Assembly (NCBI GenBank): GCA_963850905.1
Contig: CAWKMU010000003.1
Location: forward strand, 928,001 to 992,000
Length of the DNA stretch: 64,000 bases
Reading direction: 5' to 3'
Origin: an uncultured Gemmatimonadales bacterium
GTDB taxonomy: Bacteria > Gemmatimonadota > Gemmatimonadetes > Gemmatimonadales > Gemmatimonadaceae
The notes under the pieces: model-generated
What the model was told of the DNA's origin: nothing
Databases searched by the model: none
Seen by the model: the letters and a program-made list of their open reading frames with translations, nothing else
Translations under genes and position numbers: made by a program
In this document: one piece after another, positions 42,461 to 51,656 of the stretch
Position numbering within the stretch: the first letter of the stretch is position 1
How the letters are laid out: each line of letters begins with the position of its first letter

Positions 42461-43585
42461 GTGACACACATTCTTGCCATCGCGAACCAAAAGGGCGGCG
42501 TCGGCAAGACGACGACCGCGGTCAACCTCGCGGCCAGCCTGGCTGTCGCCGAGCAACGTACACTGTTGATCGACGGCGACCCACAGGGCAACGCGACCAG
42601 CGGGATTGGCCTCGCGCGTGACGCATTCGACGCGACCGTCTACGACCTGCTGCTCGGCGGCGCCGCCGCCACCGACGTCAGACACCGCAGCGTGCAGTTT
42701 CGGCACCTCGACGTGCTGCCCGCCACCCCTGACCTCGCGGGGGCGGAGGTTGAGCTGATTACGCGTCCGCGGCGCGACCAGGCGATGCGCGATGCCCTCG
42801 TACCGGTCGCGGCCGAATACGACTACATCCTCATCGACTGCCCGCCTTCACTGGGGCTCATCACCGTCAACATGCTCGCCGCAGCGGACGCGCTCATCAT
42901 TCCGCTGCAATGCGAGTACTACGCCCTCGAGGGTCTCTCCCAGCTCCTCAACACCGTCCATCTCGTGCAGCAAAGCGTGAATCCGCAGCTGTCGATCGAT
43001 GGGGTGCTGCTCACGATGTACGACGCCCGGTTGAACCTGTCTCGCCAGGTCGCCGCGGACGCGCGCGAATACTTCGGGCCGAAAGTCTACGACGCCGTCA
43101 TCCCCCGCAACGTCCGCCTCGCCGAGGCGCCGAGCTTCGGGAAACCGATCATCCTGTACGACGTCACGTCGGCCGGCGCCCAAGCGTACATGAGCGTCGC
43201 CCAAGAGCTCCTCGGCCGGCACCGCGCCGCTGCACGCACCACACGGCGGATCCGCCCGGAGCCAAGCGCCGCGCCTGTCATTGCACGCGACGAGGCGACC
43301 CACTTTGGGACCAGGCCAACCGACGACTCGACCTCGCTCCCGGTGGCGGCCGACAGCCTGGCGCTCCCGGCGGACACGACCATGCCGTCAGCAACCGCCG
43401 ATCACAGGGACAGCGCCGCATCCGCCGCGGCTGACCACATGGCCAACAACCCGGCCCAAGAAATGACCGCAGACCACGCTGCGGTGGAGACCCTCGAGGC
43501 GCCGAGCGCGAGCACCCCCGACGGGGAGATGTTTCACGTGAAACACGGAGTCAACGCTCCCCCGACGGCCGACCAATCCACGTGA
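42461..43585 (+). CDS. parA: Chromosome partitioning ATPase ParA/Soj with long C-terminal extension
   Basis: NQKGGVGKTTT, DPQGNA, IDCPPSLG, QCEYYALEG, IPRNVRLAEAPSFG. Confidence 0.95.
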   Translation: MTHILAIANQKGGVGKTTTAVNLAASLAVAEQRTLLIDGDPQGNATSGIGLARDAFDATVYDLLLGGAAATDVRHRSVQFRHLDVLPATPDLAGAEVELITRPRRDQAMRDALVPVAAEYDYILIDCPPSLGLITVNMLAAADALIIPLQCEYYALEGLSQLLNTVHLVQQSVNPQLSIDGVLLTMYDARLNLSRQVAADAREYFGPKVYDAVIPRNVRLAEAPSFGKPIILYDVTSAGAQAYMSVAQELLGRHRAAARTTRRIRPEPSAAPVIARDEATHFGTRPTDDSTSLPVAADSLALPADTTMPSATADHRDSAASAAADHMANNPAQEMTADHAAVETLEAPSASTPDGEMFHVKHGVNAPPTADQST

Positions 43586-43696
43586 ACCGCCGTCGCCAAG
43601 TCGGCGACACGTTTCACGTGAAACACAGCAACCGACCCTCACTCAGTTTGGCGTGGAACCTCCGCGACCGGACGCCACAATGTTTCACGTGAAACA
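43530..43696. promoter_or_regulatory. parS centromere cluster
   Basis: TGTTTCACGTGAAACA at 43530 and 43681, CGTTTCACGTGAAACA at 43610; degenerate copies at 43574 and 43645. Confidence 0.93.
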
Positions 43697-43786
43697 TTGC
43701 AGCACGCTTCCCCCGTCTGGACCGAGTCGGCACTCCGCTCGCTCCGAGTCTTCGCAGATCTCGTGTCCCCGACGCAGAGCATCAGC

Positions 43787-44722
43787 ATGACTCCGCCAGA
43801 CCCGTCGAGACGCCTGGGCCGCGGCCTGGGAGCCCTGCTCTCGCAGACCGCTCCAGTCACGACAGTAGCCGATCCCACCGCGGAATCCGTCCAGCGGATC
43901 CCGATCGCACATATTCAGCCGAGCACGTTCCAGCCGCGCAAGGCGTTCGATCCCGCTGAGCTCGCCGAACTGGCGGCCAGCCTCAAGGCATCGGGACTCC
44001 TGCAGCCGATTGCGGTGCGTCCCTTCCGCGACGGTGCGCGACCCGGCGCGACTGGCGCGGGAGCACGCTATGAGCTCCTGGCTGGCGAGCGGCGCCTGCG
44101 CGCGGCGACCCACCTGGGGTGGTCCGAGATCCCGGCGATTGTCCGGGATGTGGATGACCGGACCGCCCTCACCCTCGCGCTCGTTGAGAATTTGCAGCGG
44201 AGCGACCTCAACCCGATCGAGGAGGCGGAGGGTTACGCGCAGCTGCTCCAGTCCTTTGCCCTGACGCAGCAAGAAATCGCCGACGCCGTTGGCAAAGACC
44301 GGTCGACGATCGCGAATACGCTCCGACTGCTCAACCTCCCCGCCCCTGTGCGCGGCATGATTCGCGACGGCCAACTCTCCGTTGGCCACGGCCGAGCACT
44401 CCTTGCCCTGGGGCCCACGAACGATACGACGTCCCTCGCACGCGAAATCCTCAGCAAAGGCCTCACGGTTCGCGAAGTTGAGGCACTTTCTGAGGACACC
44501 AGCGCGCCAGCAAAGCGACGTAAGCGCGCCACTAAGGCCTCTAAGCGACTGGATGCCCATGGCAAGGGGATCGAGGACCAACTCCGGCGGTATCTGCAGA
44601 CCGATGTGCGGCTCTCGCTGACCGCGCGTGACCGAGGACACCTCTCGATACTCTTTTATTCCAACGAGGATCTCGAGCGCGTACTCGAGCTCATTCTAGG
44701 ACGGACCGGAGAGAGGTTATGA
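43787..44722 (+). CDS. parB: Chromosome partitioning protein ParB
   Basis: RRLGRGLGALL, QPRKAF, GLLQPI, AGERRLRA, ENLQRSDL, GKDRSTIANTLRLL. Confidence 0.95.
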   Translation: MTPPDPSRRLGRGLGALLSQTAPVTTVADPTAESVQRIPIAHIQPSTFQPRKAFDPAELAELAASLKASGLLQPIAVRPFRDGARPGATGAGARYELLAGERRLRAATHLGWSEIPAIVRDVDDRTALTLALVENLQRSDLNPIEEAEGYAQLLQSFALTQQEIADAVGKDRSTIANTLRLLNLPAPVRGMIRDGQLSVGHGRALLALGPTNDTTSLAREILSKGLTVREVEALSEDTSAPAKRRKRATKASKRLDAHGKGIEDQLRRYLQTDVRLSLTARDRGHLSILFYSNEDLERVLELILGRTGERL

Positions 44723-45477
44723 CCGAAAGCGACGCGGGCGAACAACGCGACACAACGAAAGGGCCCGCGTCGCCGAGTGACAGTCCAACACTCGAATCAC
44801 ACGGGCCACCCGCGCTCGGCTACGGAAATATCTATACGCCGCACGCGGGGTCGATGATCATCCACGTGCAGCGTGAGAGCGGGCTGCAGAGTCGCATGAT
44901 CGTGTTGGGGCCGCGGCGTGTCCGACTGCTGCGCTTTCTGGTTTCCCGCGCCGGCAAGATTACGCTGGCGACCTCGCTCGCCGTATTGTTGGTCCTCGTC
45001 ACCCAAGCCGCACGCGTGCCCGCGTTGATGCGGCGCGTGTCGCGCATGGAACACGCCGCGGCGCGACTCGATTCACTCGAGCGCTCGCTCGGACAGTTGC
45101 AGCAGCGGTACGACCAGGTGCGCGCGATGATGGGCGCTGACTCGAACGCACAAGTCGGCGCGGCAACGATACCGCGATCGCTTACGCCGATGCCGGCGAC
45201 GACACCGCGGCTCGGCACCCCGGTTTCGCCGGACATGGATGCTCCGGGCGTCGGCGTGGCAGGCGCGCGCGCTGCTGTCGGTCCCGAGACGACCGGTGGC
45301 GTCGAGGTCGCACCGGACGCGGCGACCGCCGTCGCAGATCCGACGCAACCTGATGCCCCAGCCCCTCCGCTGCACCGCCGACGTCGCCGTCCGGTCGCCG
45401 ACACCACCACCGATTCGGCGCACGCGAACCCCCCCGACTCCGGCGCCTCACCAAGCACGCAAGCGGAACCACAGTAA
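44719..45477 (+). CDS. Hypothetical TM/coiled-coil protein with low-complexity tail
   Basis: ATGA overlap with parB; TM then RLDSLERSLGQLQQRYDQVR; Pro/Ala/Thr tail. Confidence 0.65.
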   Translation: MTESDAGEQRDTTKGPASPSDSPTLESHGPPALGYGNIYTPHAGSMIIHVQRESGLQSRMIVLGPRRVRLLRFLVSRAGKITLATSLAVLLVLVTQAARVPALMRRVSRMEHAAARLDSLERSLGQLQQRYDQVRAMMGADSNAQVGAATIPRSLTPMPATTPRLGTPVSPDMDAPGVGVAGARAAVGPETTGGVEVAPDAATAVADPTQPDAPAPPLHRRRRRPVADTTTDSAHANPPDSGASPSTQAEPQ

Positions 45478-45728
45478 GGCGCGCGCGGGCGCTAAAGCGC
45501 GCGCCCCTCACACCTGGTTGCGCCGCTTCGACCGCGCGAGTCCTGACGGCAGAAACGTGTGTGTTTGATTGGTCACAGGCCAGGCGTGATCGCCTTCTCG
45601 CCCCACACCACCAACCTGCCAATCCATTGAGCACTATCGCGACACTGATCACAGACACACGCGTCTGTGACGATCTGGGGACGCCCCGCTGCTCGCCTAT
45701 AGCGGTCCGACACGACACCGCGCTCGCG

Positions 45729-47078
45729 GTGCCGCGCCACAGAGGGGCACAATGCGTCGCCCACGGCGCGCGTGTTTTGCTGTGGGTCGCCGTCGCGTGC
45801 GTCGGCCTCGCCTGCTCGAGCACGACGGCACCGAGCGGTGGCGGCGGGGGCGGTGGCAACACGACGGGAAGCCTCGCGATCGCAGTGACGGTCCCGACTG
45901 GCGTCACGCCGACGGTCACGATCACCGGACCGTCCGGGTACAGCAAGACACTGAGCTCGTCGCAAACGCTCACGAGTCTCGCGACGGGAAGCTACACGAT
46001 CACCGCGAGTACTGGCCTTACTGTCGACTCCATCGTGAGTATCGCCTATGCCGGAACTGTCACTGGCAGTCCCGCTTCGGTTACCGCTAATGGCGCTGCG
46101 ACCGCCACCGTGACCTACGCACAGCCATGGAGCAGCTCGGGCGTGCTCTGGGTTGCGAGCACACTCGGCTACTCGATCAGCGGCTACACCTCGGCGCAGC
46201 TGCGCACGACCGGTGCGCCCGCACCCAGTGTCATCGTCGGCACGGACAGCTCGGTCGGGCCAATCCAGGGAGCCACCACGCTCGTCGTCGATCAGACGGG
46301 TGGCATCTGGTTCGCGGACGGCGGCGACACGCTCTACTACTATTCGTCCGCGCAGATCGCCCACAGCACCAAAGCGGCGCCGTCGGTCAAGCTCACGAGC
46401 AGTGCGCTGTCCGAGGCGTCGGCGCTTGCACTCGACAACAGCGGCAATCTCTGGGTCTCTGACCAGACCAACGGGACGATCCTCGAGTTCACGGCGGCAG
46501 AGCTCTTGGCCAGCGGCAGTGTCACGCCCCCCGTCGTTTTGAGTTCCGCGTTCGGCTCGATCAGCCGCCCCTTCTCGATGACGTTCGACACGCACGGAAA
46601 TCTCTGGGTCGCGAATTACGGCGATAGCACCGTCGCCGCGTTCAGCCCGAGTCAACTCCAGGCGACCGGTCGGCCAATCCCCTTCGCGGGGCTGACGGGC
46701 GCGAGGGGCACGACCAACAACCTCGGGATCGCGTTCGACGCGCAGGGCGATCTCTGGGTCGCCAACCTGACGGACACACTGACGGAATACACACCCAGCC
46801 AGCTGACGTCGATCGGCGCGCCGACTCCCGCAGTCGTCATCGTACCCTCTGCCATCCAGGAGCCAGGGCCGATGGCGTTCGACAACAGCGGCGCGCTCTG
46901 GATGGCTGACGTGCAGAGGAGCCGCTTGCTCCGCTTCATGCCCAATCAGCTGGCCACGAGTGGGTCACCGACGGCCGCGGTCACTATCAGCGCGACGGGG
47001 ACCGGCACCCATACATCGATGTACCTCCCGAACTGGATCACTTTCTCGCCACACGCGCCCGGGCTGCCGTCGAACTGA
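45729..47078 (+). CDS. NHL/Vgb-like beta-propeller lipoprotein
   Basis: Lipobox LAC; repeats FD..GNLWV.N / FTPSQL; start uncertain. Confidence 0.78.
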   Translation: MPRHRGAQCVAHGARVLLWVAVACVGLACSSTTAPSGGGGGGGNTTGSLAIAVTVPTGVTPTVTITGPSGYSKTLSSSQTLTSLATGSYTITASTGLTVDSIVSIAYAGTVTGSPASVTANGAATATVTYAQPWSSSGVLWVASTLGYSISGYTSAQLRTTGAPAPSVIVGTDSSVGPIQGATTLVVDQTGGIWFADGGDTLYYYSSAQIAHSTKAAPSVKLTSSALSEASALALDNSGNLWVSDQTNGTILEFTAAELLASGSVTPPVVLSSAFGSISRPFSMTFDTHGNLWVANYGDSTVAAFSPSQLQATGRPIPFAGLTGARGTTNNLGIAFDAQGDLWVANLTDTLTEYTPSQLTSIGAPTPAVVIVPSAIQEPGPMAFDNSGALWMADVQRSRLLRFMPNQLATSGSPTAAVTISATGTGTHTSMYLPNWITFSPHAPGLPSN

Positions 47079-47286
47079 TATGTCGAGGCGGCGCGACGAC
47101 CGGCAGCCTGAGCGTGGCGATCACTGGTCAAGGCGGGCGCCTGCCCCACCCCGACGACGACACTGACCAATCACGAACTCTCACTCGCTCTCCCGACCGG
47201 CATAGCCTTCCCGCCACAAGCTCCCTGGCTCCCGTTGCATTGATCTTGCTCATGCGGCATGTTCTGGGAGTACTCGAGAGGTCGTT

Positions 47287-48669
47287 ATGCGCTGGCTTTA
47301 CCAGTTGGCCAGTCGATTGATCGCCGGCGGTACCGTGACGTACGCGCTTCTCGCGTGCGGCAGCAGTAACCATTCGACTACGGGCCCGAGCACCGGCAGT
47401 CTCACCGTCGCCATCACCGCCCCGGCGGGGATCAAGCCGTCGGTGACGGTTTCCGGCCCAAACAGCTATGTGAAGGTGTTGTCGGCGACTACCACGCTCA
47501 CCGATCTGCCGACTGGCACCTATACCGTCGCGGGCGCCAAGGTCCCCACCACCGCGCCGATCGTGAGCATCCTGTACACACCGACGATCACCGGTAGTCC
47601 GGTGCCGGTGTCTGCGAACGTGACGGTCGAAGTGAAGGTGAGCTACGCTCAGGCACCCGGCTCGGGTCACCTATGGGCGACAAATGCGACAACTGATTTC
47701 TCGGTCGTGGCCTTCGACTCCTCGGTTCTTGGCGTGAGTGGGACTCCAGCGCCAGCTATCACGATCTCGCCGAACAACGGTTCGCTGTTTCTGCCAGAGT
47801 ACGCGGCGTTTGACACGGCCGGCGTGATGTGGGTGCTCAACCAGGACACTCTCGTGGGCTTCAGTCCGGCGCAAATCGGGACGAGCGGTGCGCCGTCGCC
47901 TGCTATCACGATCCAACCGGTCGACAGCTCGCTCAACCTGGCATTCTCGATGGCGTTCGACGCATCCGGGTACCTGTGGATCGTGAACGTAGGCAACGCC
48001 AATGTGGTCGCTTACAGCCCTCAGCAACTGGCCGCCAGTGGGGCCCCGGCACCAGCGATCAAGCTGACGTCAACCATGGCATTCTTTCAGCCGGAAGGCA
48101 TCGCCTTCGATGCACACGGCAATATGTGGGTGAGCAGCTGGACCGGTTCCATCCCGCACGTCGATACGCTGCCCGGCAACCTGCAAGAGTTCACGCCGAG
48201 TCAAATCTCCAAGGGTGGCGCACAGACTCCCGCCGTCACTCTCACAGGTCCGGGCCTTCAGTTCGTATCGTCGATCGCGTTCGACGTCACCGGGAATCTT
48301 TGGCTCACCAACGACGCGGACACGATCGCCGAGTACACGGCCGCCCAACTTGCCGCGGGCGGTGCGCAGACACCCAATGTCATCATCCTCGACGGCGCCA
48401 CACCCTGCATATTTCCGAACCAGGGACCTCCGCCCTTTTGCAACGGTCCGGACGGGCTGGCGTTCGACAACAGCAGCAATTTGTGGGTGGCCCATGGTGT
48501 GGCTACGAGCTCCGAGACAATCGTTCAGTACACAGCGAGCCAGTTGACCGCGAGTGGCTCACCGACCCCGGCGGTCAGCCTCACGACAAATGGTACGTCG
48601 ATCATCGGGGCAGTCGGGCTGACGTTCTACCCGCACGCGGCAGGGTTGCCGATCTACCCGCATCCCTGA
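47287..48669 (+). CDS. NHL/Vgb-like beta-propeller lipoprotein (paralog of upstream gene)
   Basis: Lipobox LLAC; TGSL.VAI..P.G..PSVTVSGP; AFD..GNLW repeats; PHA.GLP end shared with paralog. Confidence 0.82.
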   Translation: MRWLYQLASRLIAGGTVTYALLACGSSNHSTTGPSTGSLTVAITAPAGIKPSVTVSGPNSYVKVLSATTTLTDLPTGTYTVAGAKVPTTAPIVSILYTPTITGSPVPVSANVTVEVKVSYAQAPGSGHLWATNATTDFSVVAFDSSVLGVSGTPAPAITISPNNGSLFLPEYAAFDTAGVMWVLNQDTLVGFSPAQIGTSGAPSPAITIQPVDSSLNLAFSMAFDASGYLWIVNVGNANVVAYSPQQLAASGAPAPAIKLTSTMAFFQPEGIAFDAHGNMWVSSWTGSIPHVDTLPGNLQEFTPSQISKGGAQTPAVTLTGPGLQFVSSIAFDVTGNLWLTNDADTIAEYTAAQLAAGGAQTPNVIILDGATPCIFPNQGPPPFCNGPDGLAFDNSSNLWVAHGVATSSETIVQYTASQLTASGSPTPAVSLTTNGTSIIGAVGLTFYPHAAGLPIYPHP

Positions 48670-48779
48670 GGGTTGCCGATCCGCTGACCCCGCGTCACGG
48701 CTGTGCTCACCGGATCGTATCGCGTCCCGGTGGTGCTTCGTCTTTCCCACGACCATTATTCGCCGAGGATTGGACTGCC

Positions 48780-49223
48780 ATGGCCATGTTCACCAAAGAC
48801 TCTCCCGAGAAGCCCGAGCAGCCCAAGGGCAACTCACCGGCAGAAGCCGCCCTCTCGATCATCGCGTTCGGAATGAAGGTGCAAGGCGACATCGAGACCA
48901 GCGGTGTGATCAAGATCGAGGGCAGCATCGAAGGGACGATCCGCGGCGCGCGCCAGGTCCTCGTAGGACGCCAAGGCGAGGTCAAGGGTGATGTGAACGC
49001 GCGGGAAGTTGTGGTGGGCGGGAGGATCGACGGAACGATCACCGCGTCGGAGCGCGTGGAGGTCCAGGGGACCTCGGCCGTAAACGGCGACATCTACACG
49101 AAGTCGATCATCGTTCTCGAAGGCGGCCGGATCAACGGCTCCGTCCGAATGGACGAGACCGGACGGCAGCCAGCCGGCACTAGACAGGAGCAGAAACCTG
49201 CACAAGTTGCGATGGTGCGCTGA
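48780..49223 (+). CDS. Bactofilin (polymer-forming cytoskeletal protein)
   Basis: SIIA.GMKVQGDI..IKIEG..VKGDV.A..VGG.I.G.I beta-helix repeats; GAGGA SD. Confidence 0.9.
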   Translation: MAMFTKDSPEKPEQPKGNSPAEAALSIIAFGMKVQGDIETSGVIKIEGSIEGTIRGARQVLVGRQGEVKGDVNAREVVVGGRIDGTITASERVEVQGTSAVNGDIYTKSIIVLEGGRINGSVRMDETGRQPAGTRQEQKPAQVAMVR

Positions 49224-49424
49224 TAGTGTTGCATTTCTGGCGCCAAATTACCAAGCAACGATCGCCATTGGACCGCACGCTCTGGAGCCAGACTATCGGC
49301 GGATGCGGTTCTGCAACTCGCGGGTAACGCCGAAAGGCGTTCGGGCATCGAACGCGCGATGCCTCGTGTGCACCTTCCGCCGCTGGTAAGGCCGTCGGTC
49401 GCGGGCCGCAGTTCGCCGATTCGC

Positions 49425-50582
49425 ATGCGCCTGACCAGGGTTCTCCACATTGTGGTGTGCATAACGCTGTGCGGATGTGGAGAAGCGCCGGGTGCGCATT
49501 CGCATCGGCTGCGCAGTGACCGAGCTCCAGCGGCCGTTGGCCCGCAGTTCAAGGTCGCGCTCCTCACGCCAGGGCCCATCACGGACCAGGCGTGGAACGC
49601 GGCGGCCTATCAGGGGCTGCTGCGGATCAAGGACAGTCTCGCGGCGGACGTGAGTAACGTGCAGACCAAGACGCCGGCCGAATTCGACGAGAATTTTCGG
49701 CAGTACGGGGCCGAGGCGTATAACGTCGTCTTTGCGAACGGCTTTGAGTATCAAGACGCGGTCAGGCGCGTCGCTCCGGACTATCCGCGCACGGTGTTCA
49801 TCACCACGTCGGGCGACAAGACCGGCGCGAACTGGGCCGGCATCGACTTTCAGTTCGAAGACGGGGCCTACATCGCCGGGATTCTGGCAGGCATGATGAC
49901 GAAGACCAATGTCATCGGCACGATTGGTGGCACCGAGCTGCCGCCCGTGCGGCGCGGGTTTGCCGGCTTCGTCGCGGGGGCGCGCTCAGTCAACTCGGGT
50001 ATTCGAGTCTTGAGCTCGTACGTCGGGAACTGGGACGATGCCAGCGCGGCGAAAGAGCAGGCGCTCGCGCAGATCAATCAGGGTGCCGACGTCATCTTCC
50101 AGAACGCGGACGCCGCTGGATTGGGCGTGTTTCAGGCGGCCAAGGACTCGAAGGGCGTATGGGTCATAGGCTCCAACTCAGATCAGAACAGTGTCGCGCC
50201 GGCCGTCACGCTGGGCAGCGTCGTGATCGACTTGCCGCACGCGCTGTTGACGGTCGCCGCAGAGATTCGCGACGGACTCTTCATTCCCCGCGTGATCAAG
50301 CTCGGCGTGCAGCAGCAAGTGATCAAGCTCGTGATTAACCCGGCGATCGGGCCCGGTATCCCCTCTGCGGCGCGTGTCGCGGTGGACTCCGTGCAACGGA
50401 GTTTCGTGATGGGTCACACCCCGCACATCGATCTCGGACCGGACACGACGGTTGCCGCAACGGCGCCCGCGGCCGACACTGGTACGCGCGGAGCCGCCGT
50501 GCACGACTCGGCGGTGCCGGCGAGTGCCGGAGCGCAACAACCAAGCGCGCAGACGCACGACTCGGCGGCGGTCAAGCAGTGA
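49425..50582 (+). CDS. BMP family (purine nucleoside) ABC substrate-binding lipoprotein
   Basis: LCGC lipobox; PGPITDQAWN, GADVIFQNADAAGLGVF. Confidence 0.88.
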   Translation: MRLTRVLHIVVCITLCGCGEAPGAHSHRLRSDRAPAAVGPQFKVALLTPGPITDQAWNAAAYQGLLRIKDSLAADVSNVQTKTPAEFDENFRQYGAEAYNVVFANGFEYQDAVRRVAPDYPRTVFITTSGDKTGANWAGIDFQFEDGAYIAGILAGMMTKTNVIGTIGGTELPPVRRGFAGFVAGARSVNSGIRVLSSYVGNWDDASAAKEQALAQINQGADVIFQNADAAGLGVFQAAKDSKGVWVIGSNSDQNSVAPAVTLGSVVIDLPHALLTVAAEIRDGLFIPRVIKLGVQQQVIKLVINPAIGPGIPSAARVAVDSVQRSFVMGHTPHIDLGPDTTVAATAPAADTGTRGAAVHDSAVPASAGAQQPSAQTHDSAAVKQ

Positions 50583-50608
50583 CCCCTGACCCCTAGTCTC
50601 TCGCACTT

Positions 50609-51382
50609 GTGCCGCCACTCTCCGCGATCGTCGACTATCTCAACGATCTGCTCGACACGCAGCACACGCCGGACTATCCGCCGGCGCTGAACGGGTTGCA
50701 GTTCGAGAACAGCGGGCAGGTCGCGCGCGTGGCCGCGGCCGTCGACGCATCGCAACGTGCGATCGATGGGGCCGCCGCGGCGGGCGCGCAACTACTTCTC
50801 GTCCATCATGGGTTGTTCTGGAGCGGCCTGCAACCGGTGGTTGGGCGCTTCTTTCGGCGCGCTCGCACGTTGATCGCACACGACCTCGCCGTGTATTCCT
50901 CCCATCTCCCGCTCGACCGGCACCCGACACTGGGCAACAATGTGCTGTTGGCGCAGGAGCTCGGCCTGCAGCCGACCGGTGAGTTTGCGCGATTCGAAAC
51001 CGTGCCGATCGGCGTGCGGGGGACCGCGGACGTCGCGACGGCCGACCTCGTCGCGCGCGCGCGAGCGTTTGCGCAGCAGCAAGGTGGCGACACGCGCGCG
51101 AGCGCGTTCGAGGACGGTCGACGCACGCGCACGTGGGGCGTCTGCACCGGCGCGGGCGCCAGCGCCGACACACTTGACCAGGCGGCACGCCTCGCGCTCG
51201 ACACGCTCATCGTGGGCGAAGGGCCGCATTGGACGGCCGTGGATGCCCCGGAACGCGGACTCGTGATCATCTACGCCGGACACTACGCGACCGAAACACT
51301 CGGCGTTCGCGCGTTGGCGGAACGTGTGGGGCAACAGTTTGGCATTCCGTGGGATTTCATCGCGGCACCGACGGGGACGTGA
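50609..51382 (+). CDS. Nif3-like dinuclear metal center hexameric protein
   Basis: NGLQ, VHHGLFW, HLPLD.HP..GNN, AGHYATE. Confidence 0.92.
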   Translation: MPPLSAIVDYLNDLLDTQHTPDYPPALNGLQFENSGQVARVAAAVDASQRAIDGAAAAGAQLLLVHHGLFWSGLQPVVGRFFRRARTLIAHDLAVYSSHLPLDRHPTLGNNVLLAQELGLQPTGEFARFETVPIGVRGTADVATADLVARARAFAQQQGGDTRASAFEDGRRTRTWGVCTGAGASADTLDQAARLALDTLIVGEGPHWTAVDAPERGLVIIYAGHYATETLGVRALAERVGQQFGIPWDFIAAPTGT

Positions 51383-51441
51383 GAGCCGGGGGGTGGGTGA
51401 CGGTCCGGGTGACGGGAACTGCAACGTCCTCGGCGAGACCC

Positions 51442-51582
51442 GGGCGGGCTGAAGCCCGCCCCTACATGTTGCTGCGGGCGGCGTCAAATCAGGGTTCGTC
51501 GACCGGCACCTGCAATCGTCGGCACAGCGCTCTGGAGCGTCACCATCCACACCGACATGTAGGGGCGGCCTTCAGGCCGCCC
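51442..51582. repeat. Inverted pair of family-B GTAG REPs, nested inside GGGTGAC/GTCACC heptamer arms (~51395-51644)
   Basis: GGGCGGGCTGAAGCCCGCCCCTAC (51442-51465) and GTAGGGGCGGCCTTCAGGCCGCCC (51559-51582). Confidence 0.8.
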
Positions 51583-51656
51583 AGCGTTGTCGTCCCGATT
51601 GATGCGTAGTTCCCGTTACCCCTCACCCGTCACCTGTCGCCCGGCCTTTTGAAGCC

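Noticed and set aside
43530..43696. GTTTCA..GAAAC repeats at regular spacing resembling a CRISPR array
   Set aside because: Units are 16-bp palindromes matching the parS consensus beside parAB; period is too short for repeat plus spacer; no cas genes
38730..45500. oriC near mnmG/parAB
   Set aside because: No cluster of TTATCCACA DnaA boxes or AT-rich unwinding element was seen
47829..48779. 464-aa bactofilin fusion ORF
   Set aside because: Upstream part is an alternate frame of the lipoprotein gene; SD and ATG at 48780 give a normal bactofilin
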